Origin: Lama glama
Taxonomy: Eukaryota
Assembly: GCA_028534125.1 (NCBI GenBank)
Contig: CM052816.1
Coordinates: 86,988,001-87,052,000 of the forward strand
DNA: 64,000 nt
Reading direction: 5' to 3'
Shown: piece by piece, positions 49,528 through 62,586 of the stretch
Position numbering within the stretch: position 1 is the stretch's first letter
Layout of the letters: each line of letters opens with the position of its first letter
Program-made: the position numbers and the translations under genes
The notes under the pieces: model-generated
What the model was told of the DNA's origin: nothing
The model's database searches: none
Seen by the model: the letters and a program-made list of their open reading frames with translations, nothing else

Positions 49528-50931
49528 GAGGCATTCTAAGCAAAGCAGACCCTTGGGATTTTTTTTTTTTTTAATTCTTAAAATCTTCCATTTGAGACCT
49601 GCAGACATGTTTCTCCCTTTAGATACAAGCTCCCGGCAAGCACCCTTGCAAACACCACTACCTTTGAAACTAAGACACAAGGCCACACACCAAAGACAAA
49701 CAAAGCAAAACCAGTTCTGATCATCAGTTTGTCTTCAGCATTCTTCTGCCCTTATTTGTCTTTCAGCTATACTCTTTCACAATTAGAGCTCTAATTTCTC
49801 CAACATTATTGACCATAAAGACAACCGATGTGAATCAAAATTAATTAATGTCTGTAGCATGCCCAGATAAACAGTATACCTACTGGGGGCTATTACTGTT
49901 AACAATTAAAACATAAACGTGAAAAAACAGAGAGTCATTCATGAGTTTTGAACACTTTTACTGATAACAGTAGTCTGTGTCAGCGTGTTGAACGCATCTT
50001 CAAAATACTTTATAGAGGGATCATTTATAATTTTAGACACGCATCCCGAGCTGACTCTGCCTCCTCCACCAACACATGGTCCTTGCTTTTATATCAAATA
50101 TATTCTATCCCTTAACACAGACAAATGGATAAGAATTCTTTTTTCCTGTTAATGAGACAGTTAGTATGCTGACAATAAATGTAATTTTAAATAGGTCACT
50201 GAATAAACAAAGATAAATGAATTGTAATTAATATTCATTTTGGAATTAAGATGGAAAAAGTGATAGAAAGAGATAATTGTTTCATTCAGTAGAAATAGTC
50301 ATATTTTTGTGCCCTGGAGAGAGCACACAAATGCACCCTTTCCCAGCAGCCTCAGAAAATGCACTGTCCTGCACAATACACTCTCCTTGGAGGAATATTA
50401 AATAAAACAAAGCATGATTAACAGGATTAGAATATTTACTTTGTAAATTACTGAAATTAGAATAATATGTAGAACATGTTGCTGTGAAGAATGCAGTCGT
50501 ACAATTAGAGCTCCCTTTCCAAATTTTAAAGATTGTCCTATTAATTGTAGCTTAGCTGCTAGAAAGCTAGGGTATAACATTTAATTGTGGTTCAGCAACA
50601 TCGAACAAGGACCAAAGGAAAGGGTATCATTTTTGTAGGATTTTAATGTAAATATAAATCGCCTTCTTTAATGTGGTATATTCTGTGTAGTTCCCAGCAG
50701 AAGAGAATCTCCAAGATCCAAAGATCAGAAGAACATAAGCCTGGTAAGCCTCACACAATTTCTGCACCTTTATAGTGTCATCTAGTGTTTGTAGTAACAC
50801 TCAATTAAAATTTTACAGTGTTCATAGTAACTCTCAAATTTTTTCAGATTAAGATTACTATTAATAGAAAGTATATCAGTATATAGAAAGTAATATCAGT
50901 AACTATTCATACAACTTTTATTCTTCTGCTG

Positions 50932-51320
50932 GAGTGGTAGTTATCCCTCAGTATTCTATATATCCTTACTTCCTAAATTTATTAAAACCTGGAGTTTTAG
51001 GTGGTCATAAGGTACCCAGAATAAACATTACATTTTCCAACCTCCTTTGAAGCTAAGCATTCCTAAGTGTCCCAATTCTATCCAATAGATATAAAATCAA
51101 GTGTCATATAGAAGTTTCCAGGAACATTTCTCGAGACAACCAATATATGCGTCTTACACTTCTTTTTCACACTGAGATTTGGAATGTGTATGCAGCTGCA
51201 GCCTCATCCTGAATTATGTAACAAAGACCACTTAGAAAAAGCAGAACCCTGGGACGTGCCAGTCCCTCAAGAATCTATGGGACAGAGCTCCGTTACTCTT
51301 GTCACTTTGTGTCTGCTTCT
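50932..51320 (+). mobile_element. MaLR LTR (MLT1J-like)
   Basis: cccagaataaacattacattttccaacctcctttgaagcta...ttctatccaatagatataa...ttccaggaa. Confidence 0.65.
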
Positions 51321-51381
51321 CATAGCCCAGTCTATTTCCAAATTATGCAGTTATTTAATTGCTTCTGGGTTTGCTTAAGCA

Positions 51382-52256
51382 TTTTATTTATTTTTTGTTT
51401 TTTGTTGATTTTTTCTATGATTTATTTAAGTATAGTCGGTTTACAATGTTGTGTTAATTTCTAGTGTATAGCATAGTGATTCAGTAAAGCATATACACGT
51501 ATATTTATTTTCATACTCTTTTTCATTTTAAGCTATTACAAGGTATTGACTATAGTTCCCTGTGCTAATACAGTGGGACCTTGCTGTTTATCTATTTTAT
51601 ATATAGTAGTTAATATCTGCAAAACCCAAACTTCCAATTTATCCCTCTGCCCTGCTCCCCCTTTTCCCCTCTGGTAACCACAAGTTCATTTTCTTTGTGA
51701 GTCTCTTTCTGTTCTGTAAATAAGTTCATTTGTCTCATGTATTTATAGCCCACATATAAGTGATATCATATGGTATTTTTCTTTTTCTTTTTGGCTTATT
51801 TCACTTAGTTTGACAATCTCCAGGTCCCTTCATGTTGCTGCAAAAATGGAATTATTTTACTCTTTTTTATGGCTGAGCAATATCTATATCTATATATACC
51901 ACAACCTCTTTATCCAGTCACCTGTTGATGGACATTTAGGTTGTTTCTGTGTCTTGGCTACTGTAACTATTGCTGCTATGAACACTGGGGTGCACGTATC
52001 TGTTTGAATTAGAGTTTCCTCTGGATATATTCCTAGGAGTGGGATTGCTGGATCACAGAGTAACTCTATTTTTCGTCTTTAGAGGAATCTCCGTACTGTT
52101 TTCCACAATGGCTGCACCAAACTACATTGCCACCAACAGTGTAGGAGGGTTCCCTTTTCTCCACACCCTCTTCAGTGTTTATTGTTTATGGACTTTCTGA
52201 TGATGGCCATTCTAACTGATGTGAGGTGATATACTTTGTTGTAGTTTTGATTTGTA
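51382..52256 (-). mobile_element. Lineage-specific 5'-truncated L1 (3'UTR and ORF2 end), inserted into a MIR fragment
   Basis: T-rich tail then aagtatagtcggtttacaatgttgtg...gatggccattctaactgatgtgaggtgata; imperfect TSD ttaagcatttt/ttaaaacatttt; MIR-like flanks at about 51340-51375 and 52275-52345. Confidence 0.92.
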
Positions 52257-55200
52257 TTAATTAAAACATTTTTAAATGTGCTTACTTCTTCATATGTCTG
52301 TTTTGAAAAACAAGGAAGATAATGTATGAAAAAGTGTGTTGCAAAATATGCAATTCACTAAAAAAAAAATCAGGAGTTTATATAATGGCATAGAACTTTA
52401 TCCAGAGCCCTTTGAAAACTGAGAGTGTCCTCATTGGATAGAGAATAAACCTGATGGAAACATCCTATATTTGTTAATAAAGACATTTATGTGGAAGATT
52501 GTACCAGAAGCAATCAGAATTCAGTTATCAGTACACTGGCTACCCTGGTAGAACCCAGAACAAGTGCTTGACTTTCCCAGTAGAGGAATTATATAATAGT
52601 CAAGCTTGTGAGGGAAGTTAACTTGTATACAGTAACTTGTCTTAAATATACTGATACAGATGCATGTTGATTTCACAGCTACATCTGGGCTGGTGAACCT
52701 TACTTAAAAGAAAAATTCTTTCAGCTGTGGATATTTGTGTCAAAACAAATGATCTTCAGTTTCAATTGCACATAAGATGCCTCTCTGGTTCCCAAATGGG
52801 CTGAATACTATATAGAAGTTCACTTAGTGGAATGAGTTTGCCATTCCCAAAGTCCTTCTCTGACAAGAATTCCTCTTCCCATAGGCTTGAGTCCCAAACA
52901 GCAACAGGAGGTTGGTTACTGACCAGATGAGGATGAACAAATAAACAGTGGGGTCCAGAAAATCAAAAGATGGTCTGGAATAAACTGATCCATTTAAGAA
53001 GGATGATGGTAATTGGTTCAGTTAATAAAATTAACTCCCTCTTTAATTAGGAAGGAGATAAATTGCCTGTTTGAAATTAAGCTAGTGAGATAGTAAACTT
53101 GTCTAGAGATGCTAAGTCAGAAAGAAAGAAATACCAGGTAGTTTCTAGAGTTGGTTATGATCCAGGGTGGCTTTTCATTCACTGAACAAGTCCTATATCT
53201 CTATATAGATTATTATTTTTGTACAATACTTACTTTTTCTTACAACTAAAGAGAGAAGTTGTCATACAAAAGGGGAACTTAATAGAATGGTTCCTGTAAC
53301 TAACTCTGGAACTAGATGTGCCTTTGAGACAGGATGTGGCACAATGAACAGATTCTCATCTTCATCTTTGAATGGAAAGCTACTTGTAGTTCATTTTGAG
53401 GAAGGTATAAATTAGATGCTTGTTATCACCTGGTTCCAGAAAATCATCCCGTTGAGGGTGAGAATGGGAAGACTTTGCCTTTGCTCTTCATAAACACTGA
53501 AAGATTGAAGGAGATTAAAAATATTGTGTTTAAAGGCTTCTTGAACCATAAAGCAATTTATAGTGAAATGAGAGAAAAATGCTGGAAATAGATTGCCTCC
53601 CGAGAAACGGGGAAATTCACTGTCACTATCTGAGCATACAGTAACTTTTTCCCTGTGGCCTCATCTAATACCATGAGAAAATACGCAATATCCAGGCATT
53701 TGCTGCTGTCATCACTGTCCACCTTTGTGACATACACCTCTCCAGTGGAGGCACTATCAACACAAGGGAAACCTTGATGTAATCCTCTCAGAGAACAAAA
53801 CGGGGTATCTCCTGGACCTCAGTCATGTCATGGATGAAACAAGTCTTGATGCCAATTTTTTAAAAATTGTTCTGCTTATAGATATTTTTCCCCAAGTCTT
53901 CCATTTATACCTCTTCAACAACCTCAAGATGCTTTCTGCAGGTAATCTCATTTGCAGAGATATTCTCCCTTCTTCTACAAGGGACAGTGTTTATTTGCTC
54001 AGAGATATGTGGCATAGACATGAGAATATTTGTACTAATTTCTAGTGGCAGTTTTTCTCCTGGGTTCTTGTCTCATGACAAACACATTCAATTCCTCCAG
54101 CTAGCCCTGAAGATTATTGGTCTTCATTTGTAGGAATTGAATTGTTTGAGACAGTCTAAGAACATGTTGCTGTGAGGAAGTGCTGTCAGCCAGCTAGCTT
54201 TGGGTTGGCCTCTTCCAGCTAGCTTGCTGGACATTTCATTGCTTGTAAAACTTTGCATGTAGTTTGTGCATCTACTGCAGGTGCTGCACCTGCTTGCTCA
54301 ATTACTCAGTTTCCTTTAAGTGTCTCCTGATTTATTGCGGACCTCTGAAGAGAATTCTGTAATTGCATGTCTGATTCAGTAATGGGTTTCCAAGCTTAGT
54401 AGCAAGCTGTAGATCTTGTTGGAGGTCGCCTGGGGGTCTTGCCCATCACACCAGTGCTCATCTTCCATCTCACATGCTTTCGCCAGGTCCACTAGTATCT
54501 TGGCTGTTGTAACTTCTCAGCAGCCATGCCATGGTCTGCCAGAGTGGCTGCCCCAGGCTCTCGCCCAAACATTTAGTGACCAGCCAGAATCAGTCTAGGG
54601 GGACCCTCTCTCCCCACATTTTCCCTGTAGTTCAAATACCTCATCTTCTTCCTCAGCCTGAAACTTACCAGTTGCAACTGTTTTTCCAAACCATCTACCG
54701 TAATCAGATTAGAAAAACACTAAAAATTAATTGTACCAGAAAAAATTTACAGAATAATTTGAATGATATAAATGATCAAAATTTAGGACAATGGCCTTAG
54801 CCACCCTGAGAAGTGAGTGAGATCACTGAGTCTTGAAATCACTCTTACCACTGCCTCCAGGTTCCAGGCAGTTAAGTGGGCAACATTTAGAGACTAGACA
54901 TTTGTTCTCTCTTTCTCCGTCATCTCTTTGCTGATACAATCTCTTTCAGAAACTTGCTGCTTATTCTCTAAATCAAACTTCAGTTTAATGACTGACTTTT
55001 ACAAGAAAATTTACAACTGAAGTTTGGAAGACTTTCATAGCAAATAACACGTATATACTTTGATTAATATTGCATTGTTCCTTCTTTCATAGAATCATCT
55101 CCAGGAACTCATGAAGCAATGAAAGAAAGTGATTTGTAAGAATCCATGGTTTCTTGGTTTTACTGGTGTCAGAGAGCACCAGAAGTCCACCATGATTTGT

Positions 55201-55923
55201 AATCTACTGTGTTGTGTACTCTTGGAAGTAGAATCAGGGAGACTGTGATGATGGTTGGAATTCAAAAACAGACAGTGTCCTAACTGGGAAATTATTCTTA
55301 ATGCAAGAAAAAGATAAAAGGGGACTATTTCTGAGTGAGGTGGAGACTTCCTTGTTTTGTTTTAACTGTCTCAGATAACTTGAATTTCTAGTGCAACATA
55401 CTTATTATGAACTTCAGAGAGAACAGTTTTGCTAAAATCAAGAAAACTTCACCTCAAACTTTTTTCCCCTTTATAGGGATGGGAATAGAATAATAAAACT
55501 GAAAAGCATTTGAGGAAATTTTCGTCCTTTAGGTGGTTAGTAGCTTTAAAAAAAGAAAGCCTCCATGCTTATGTCCTTCCTTTGAATACAGCTTCACTTG
55601 TTTAACTCGTCAATCTGACTTTTGTTTGCGCCCGAGGAGATGATAAGCTTCTACAGATAAAGTCAGGTCAGAGAAAGGAGAGAAATAAATATGGTGTTAA
55701 TGCATATTTGCAATTAGCTTGCAGTGGTGAAGGTTAATTAATATTCAGGGAATCAAAAGCTAAGGAGAAGCAAGATTTTTGTCAAGAAACATATGGCAAA
55801 AAGCATGTGACATCCACTGAGTCTCAAAAGATAGCACCCTGGGAATTTCAGCCACAGAGTAGAGCTAAAAAAGCTTCATTGTCTCACTAAGCACACGTTT
55901 AGTAAAAAGCATATTGTTTAAGT

Positions 55924-56147
55924 CAGGGATTCCAGCCTTGGTGTCACTGACATATCAGGTCAAATCGGTTTTTTATAGGGGCTGCTGTGGGCATTGTAGG
56001 ATTTTTTAGCCAGGTCGCTGGCCTCTGCCTGCTAGGTACCAATGTCCCGCTCCCCATCTCCCTGCAGTAGACAGAACGGGAAAAATGACTTTAGACATTG
56101 CCAGATGTCCCTTTAGGGGTGAAATCTCCCCTGGATGAGAACCACTG
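55924..56147. mobile_element. MER20 (hAT-Charlie) DNA transposon
   Basis: cagggat...gcattgtaggattttttagc...ctggcctct...agacattgccagatgtccc...tgagaaccactg. Confidence 0.85.
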
Positions 56148-56324
56148 GTTAAAAAAAGAAAGAAAAAAGAAAGGCCAAAATTAAATGACAGCTTTCACAA
56201 TATGATAAGCTGTTCTAAGACTTGTATGGTAATTGGGCTTCCTCCTACGTAGAGTCACACTTGGTCAGCCTTGGTTTCTGAAAGTATGGAGAAAGCCACC
56301 TGCAGCACAGCTGACCAATCATTT

Positions 56325-57195
56325 CTTTTTTAATTTTTTATAAACGTTTGTGGAAATGTAGATGTAAAAAAGAATATACCCTTAATGTACAGTTTGATAA
56401 ATTCTAACACACTGAACATGTCTGGGAAATTGGTGCCAAGATCAAGGAATAGATCGTAACACACAACAAGGAATTCGCCGTGTGCCCCGTTCCACACACT
56501 GCCTTCCAAGGATAAGCCCGGTCCTACCTTCTAACAGCCCAGAGTGATTTTGCCTGCCTTGGTGCTTTACGTAAATGAAATCACATGGTCAGTAGTCTCT
56601 CATGTTTGGATTTTTTCCCTCGTTATTATTATCTGATTCATTCCCATTGCTCCATGTGGTTGTAGATTATTTTTATTAATGTTTGTGTCATGGCCTGTAA
56701 AAATAACATGATTTATTTATCTAAGCACTATTTGAATAGTTTCATTTTCTTAGACTGCTATGAATAAAATTGGTGTGGATAGTGTTCATCCTTTGTGGGC
56801 TTTTTAATGATGGATGATGGCCATTCTGACTGATGTGAGGAAATACCTCCTCTGGGTATTTGATTTAAATAAGGTTGTACAGTAAGTGACCCTTTGTGCC
56901 TGGCTTATCTCATTTAGCACAAAACTTTCACAGTTTATCTATGTTGTAACAAGTATCAGAATTTCATTCCTTTTGGATGCTGAATCCCATTGTGTGCATA
57001 CTGTCATTTATTCATTCTTTTGATGATGGACATTTGGAGTGCTATCACCTTTTGGCTAATGTAAGTTGTGCTGCTATAAACATTTGTGTGTGGGTATTTG
57101 TTCAAAGACTTGCTTTCAGTTCGTGTTTATATCTAGCAGTAGAGCGGCTGGGTTACATGTTCATCCTTTGTTTAACTTGCTGTGGATTTGACACT
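56325..57195 (-). mobile_element. Mosaic of old L1 (L1ME/L1MB) 3' fragments
   Basis: gtacagtttgataaattct...tggcttattctcatttagcac...tgatggacatttgg...ccttttggcta...gctgctataaacatt. Confidence 0.7.
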
Positions 57196-57199
57196 TCTT

Positions 57200-58433
57200 T
57201 TGTTTGACTTTTTTGGAGGAAATAGTTGATTTGTCTTTGTCTAGTAAGGTGTATTGTCTATGCTTCCTCAGGGGCAATTTCTGTTCCTCTCTAATGTGAA
57301 TGGGCCATACTATCTTACTTCTTCATGTGTTTTATACATAATTTGTTTTTGTTGAAAAGTGCACATTTAAATATTATAATGTGCTAACTCTAGAAATCAG
57401 ATTCTTCCTCCTCCTCAGGGTTTGTTTGATTTGGTTTTTGTTTTTTGGGGTTTTTTTTTTGTTTTTTTTTTTTTTTTTGCTTTCTTGCTTACTATGTGAT
57501 GTAGCTGTTCAGTAATTTTCATTAACTATTTTTAAAAACTATATTATTTGTCATGTATGATCTCTGAAGTCTCTTTCTTTAGATTATGATCAACTAGTGT
57601 TTGGACAGAGATTTCTTTGAATGTCTGGAACAAAAATAAAAATGAAGAAACACAAACTCGTTCAGTCTTCGCAGTTCGGCTCTGTGTTGGGACACTTCTT
57701 CAGTGCTTAGACAAGCTATTTACAAATCTGCCTCAGCCCTTGTTTCTTGCTGGTATCAGCCTACAGATCACCTGCAGATGAAAATCTTAGTCTTCTTTCT
57801 CAGTTGTCAGTTTGTTGTTGTTGTTGTTGGATTTGTTTGTTGTTTTGCTTTGTTTTTGGACATGGATCCTTCCCTGGGTTGTGTATAGTTTTCTAAGTTC
57901 TTAGTATACAGGGGTGTTCTGTAATGTCCTTAATTCTCAAAAAAAAAAAAAAAAAAACTCTCTTCCCAGGTTTTCCTCTCAAGCTTTCAGCATTTTTATT
58001 GTTTGCTTCAGTTGTAATCTTTGCCCCAGGCAGCAGCAGATTATTCTTTAGCAGTTCACTGGTTTTGAAGAATGTCCTGTGAATAACTGCTTCTTTACCC
58101 TGAGAGACTTCCAGGTTGGGTGAAACAAATTGCAAGCTCCTTGCTTCCATCCTTCAGGCAGCCCCCAACCTGGTCAAAACAGACAGATTTAGTCCTCAGA
58201 GAGCAAGGTCTGCTTGCTCCCTCTGGAACCTCAGATCGGGGTCCCACACAGGGAAACACAGGTTTTTAAGTCAATTTATTCTTGACTCAATGCTTGCTTG
58301 GTTACTGTAAAACTATTTTCCAAAGTTAGTTCTGATAGTTTTTGCTTTTTTTTTCTTTAGTGGTGAGAGAAGTGTACCTGTGATGGGGTAAACTCTTGGA
58401 GCTACCAACTGTGCCATTTTCACTAACATTACT
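57200..58433 (-). mobile_element. Old L1 (L1MC/L1MD-like) 5' region
   Basis: gaatgggccatact...aactctagaaatcagattct...gacagagatttc...tttacaaatctgcctcagcc...ttgactcaatg...gccattttcactaacat. Confidence 0.7.
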
Positions 58434-58588
58434 GAAAAATTCCCTGCTCTTTACTCCCCAACCTCCCAAGTTAAAAGACTTTACCCTGGAGAGCTTCCAT
58501 TAATTTCTCTTGAAACACTGTCCATAGCTGACGTGCAGTACCAGGGCTGAAATCCTCTAGTTCTCTCTTATTCTTTTCAGAATTCTCT

Positions 58589-59189
58589 TGTTAGAGCAGG
58601 CAGATAGCTACATATGAGCAGAGAAAGGGGGCATGGGTCAAGTGGCAGGAAAACATACATCTTGTGAACAGTAGGGGTCCTTGGGCAGACAAAGAAAAGC
58701 AGGAACCTCCAGACTGATAAGAAGCCATACATTTTGGATTGGCAAGGATCCTGGAAGCGCACAAAGAAAGATGGGAAAAGGCAGGAATCTCTGGCATCAG
58801 AATGTAAACTTTTGCTTATTATTCCCTCATTACAGTAAAATTAGCCTTGCAGATAAGAGGAACCTGTCATACACTAAGCCATAACACTTCCAGTCAATAC
58901 TAAATAAGGACAAAAATCTCTCCTCTTCTCAGGAAGGTGGAGCTGGGTTGAAAATCATGAAATATGACCCAAAACCCCTCCTTCCCCAGTGAATATTCCA
59001 CCCAATCATTTTTAAAACCCATATAGCCAGTTTGCGAAAGAAACTCAGGTCAGCTACTCACATGAGTCTGCCCATTGTTCCTTTGAGAGTATACTGTCAT
59101 TTAATAAATCCTCCCTTTACTTTATTGACCTCTGTGTCTCGTCTTTGAATTCTTTCTGCGATGAGACAAGAACTTGCTCTCTGGTAACA
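58589..59189 (+). mobile_element. ERV1 solo LTR (MER50/MER41-group-like)
   Basis: Inverted termini TGTTA...TAACA; AATAAA at about 59103; typical end gtctcgtctttgaattctttctgcgatgagacaagaac; near-TSD ctct/gtct. Confidence 0.8.
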
Positions 59190-59362
59190 GTCTTACAGAT
59201 ATGAAATGGTCAGTACATCTTCTCCCAGTCACTTTTGAATACACTGGTTGTGTGTACTGGACTAAATAACACAGACTTGGAAATGATATGGAAATTATAT
59301 ATTTGGGATGTGTACGCACACATATAGATTCACACACACACATATATATACATGGAAATTAT

Positions 59363-59384
59363 ACACACACACACACACACACAC
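59363..59384. repeat. (AC)11 microsatellite
   Basis: Direct count. Confidence 0.9.
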
Positions 59385-60849
59385 ATACACAAAACTGGCA
59401 ACAGCAAAGAGTGATGGAACAAGTCATATTACCAAGTATGCCTTGAATTTTTTTCATGGAGCTATTCTTAGTTGTCCTATTTACTATTTAGAACTTTAGA
59501 AAACTGGGACATGAGAAGGTTTAATTTATAGCATCTTCAGCAATTCCATCCAACTTTATTTAGTCTGTGAGTTCCTGAAGGAGCTTTGAATGTCAAAGCT
59601 TTAGGAGCCAAAAAAGGAAACCAGAGCATTCATTCTTCCTCTGGGGGCATGACTGCATTCATGCTGCTGAGTCCAGGAAGAATGGAAAATTGAAGATGCA
59701 AAATTTTGTGTTTCAGTGTATCTGGGATTTGACCAAAGATGGAAGGAAATTTCACATTGACGTAGCTATCTCTATGAGAAGTTTAACACAGAGGGAATTT
59801 GCATTTCATCTGGAATATAGCTCATGTTTTATCTGAGCTTTGCTAACACATAGGTATCCCTACAAGTCTTCTTTCTTAAAATAAGTCTTTATTATGAATG
59901 CTTAGATTCATCAATGTGACAGAGCATAATATAAGAAACAGAAGAAAATTAAGAAATAGAAGAAAATTCTTCATGATATCAAGACACCAAATTAAGTGTG
60001 TGACTTTCTAATATAATATCATCTGCCCAGAAATTCACCTATAAGCCAACTTTTTAAAAGATTATGCACAAATGTCTGTAATTAAATTAGCAGTTTCTTT
60101 CCATGTAATACAAATGCAAACCTAAATTTTTAGTGAAAATGAATCATCATTACAAGGTCAGTATTAAAAAGATAGCGGTTATATTTTAGAGTTTAATGTT
60201 GGAGTATTAAAAAAAATTACTTCAGGTGTATCAGCCTCTAGATTGCTCTGTGGTCACTATAATGCAAATACACAAGAATAAAAGAAATTCACTTTCACCT
60301 GAGTTTAGTGGAGAAGAAAACAAAGCTTTGCCCACACAGAATACCAATTCATAAGCTCCATTTTCTTTCTAATAATAATCAAATTAAAGACCTATACTTC
60401 TTTAGCTTTTGACTTACAGTGGTATTGAAAATGTGCCCTTGAAGCAATCCCACAGTTTAATGCTGTCCTCAAAGCTGGATAAAGATGCCTTCCCAATATT
60501 TTCAGAAACAGATTTAAGGTTGCTGCAGTCCCATTGTAGAAATTTTAAAATATGGCCTTCAAGTTTTTTGACACTCTTCACTTTGTGGAGAATGAAGAAT
60601 TTATGTCTTTTTTCATGAATCTAGGCCTCTGTGACTTTTTAGCTAATATTTGACAAACTTTAGTGGAGTAACCACTGGGCCTAATGTATTTGTTGTTATC
60701 CTTTCTGAGGTGAGTAGACACATGTTCTGGGGATGATTTTAATTTCAAGTTAACTTTCTTTCCTTCATTGAAGTGTATTCAGATTTTCTAACTTTTCTTG
60801 AACTATGTTTTGTAATTTCTGTCTTTCTTAGATTTTGGGTCTCTTAGAC

Positions 60850-62190
60850 TCAGTATTTGGTTGTAAGCCAATAAAAGTCTGCTCCTGCTTCATTAGAGCT
60901 CCGCTCAGGGGTAGCTCTGAAAGTTAGAGAGAAGAAATTTCTTCAATAAGCAAAACTTTGGTCATTCACTTTATGTGGGAAGAAGCAGTCCAATGAAAGA
61001 ATATATACAGAATCATGCACAGTTGTAAATGGCTTAGCAGGTTTGTGAAGGATGTCTGGGGAATACATATGTCAGCGGACATATGGGAATGAGTAAGCTG
61101 TGTGATCTTTGTAGTATATGATGATCAGCCAAATCACTGACAATGCACTGAACAATAGAGTGGCCAGAATGACATTGGGCAGGCATCAGACATTTATCAA
61201 ACAGCCTTTATTATTGGCCACTGTAGTGTTGGAATGATGGGTGCACAAATGGAGCAGATAATACAGTAGAGACGGAGACTATGAATAGGCCCCAAAACAT
61301 AGTTTCCAACTAACCAAGGCAGACCTAGCTACTACTGCAAGCACAAAAGTTCAGTACAGAATCCCTGAGATGGCACCATGCATGAAGAGTTCCACATGGA
61401 CTCTTGGAGGCAAGTTAATTATGATGAGGTCCTCTCACAGTAGAAGAGCAAGCAATTCTTCTTGACTAGAAACTAACCTTATTCCAGGTACAGTTTCTGC
61501 CTGCAGGGCCTTGATAAGTACTATTACTTGAGGATTTATGAACTCATATGGGATTAACATTGCCTCAGAACCCACTTTAGAGCAAAGAAGTTTATCAGCG
61601 TACAGGACCATGGAATCTTGTCACACACACACACATACACACACCCCCCACTAAAAGCTCCTGGCCAAAGACAGCAATGTAAATGTAACAGCTAGTAGAA
61701 GGTTCAACTAATGTGCCAGTTTGGAGCTAATACCCAGCCAGGGTAGAGCACTGTCCTCTGCTATGGGATTATTCCCTAAATTAACAATGCTTATATGGTA
61801 CTGTGGTACTAAAAATGGAACATGTGGACTTGAAAACTGAGGTTGGAAGCAAAGTTTAACCTGCTTACTCTTACCTCCAGTGACCAATTTAAGGGACTTT
61901 CGCTTATTTCTCCTTTTTAGATTTAGAAACTGAGTTTCCTGAGGGAGAAGCCTTTCACCTGGTATGCAGCAAGAGTTCCTTTAAACTTTAAGCCAAAATC
62001 GAGTAAGGATGTTACTATCTCAGTAGGACTAATTGATCCTGGTCATGAGAAGGAGGCAGGAAGGTTGTTCCGCAGCGAGGACAGGAAACAGCACACTTAA
62101 CATCCCCGCTTGGCACCACCTGGGCATATCCTCTGGGTATCTCTTACCCAATTTTGGTATCAAAGGCACATTACCCTTTGGTCTTGAAGT
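60850..62190 (+). pseudogene. Decayed ERVL internal pol (RNase H and integrase)
   Basis: My translations RIYTESCTVVNGLAG, VWGIHMSADIWE, LNNRVARMT, LTKADLATTA and WRQVNY correspond to ERVL pol motifs IYTDSWAVANGLAGW, WGRGMW.DL.EW, FNNQVDRMT, LTKADLATA and WQVDY; many stops. Confidence 0.85.
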
Positions 62191-62294
62191 CTCATTCACT
62201 TAGCCACTGAGTGTTTTGGTGACTGTCATCTTTCTACTGATGTCAGTAGAAAAGTTCCATTCTATACGATTGTCCTAAGGCAAAGAAAGCTACT

Positions 62295-62586
62295 GTACCC
62301 CCCCGAAAAATACCTTTTCCCTGGGACACTCAGCATCAAGTGACTGGTTGCTGTGAAGGAGTGAATGCCTAGTCCCCTACCTCAAAGTAGAGATACTCCG
62401 AAGGGCCACCCAAGCAGAGCTGCCTAAGGGATTGGCCATGGCCCCCACTGAGACCACATCACAGTTCAAAGCCTCCCTTTGCCCAGTCCACTTCCTCCAT
62501 GACCTATACAAGTACTAATTCTCAACTAAATTCTTAGATGCAAACTTCCAACTCCAAGTCTATTTCCTAGGAAATTCTATCTGATA
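62295..62586 (+). mobile_element. LTR16-type ERVL LTR (probable 3' LTR of the adjacent pol remnant)
   Basis: gaagggccacccaagc...gggattggc...ctgagaccacatcacagttcaa...ctttgcccagtcc...atgcaaacttcca...tatttcctagga. Confidence 0.75.
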
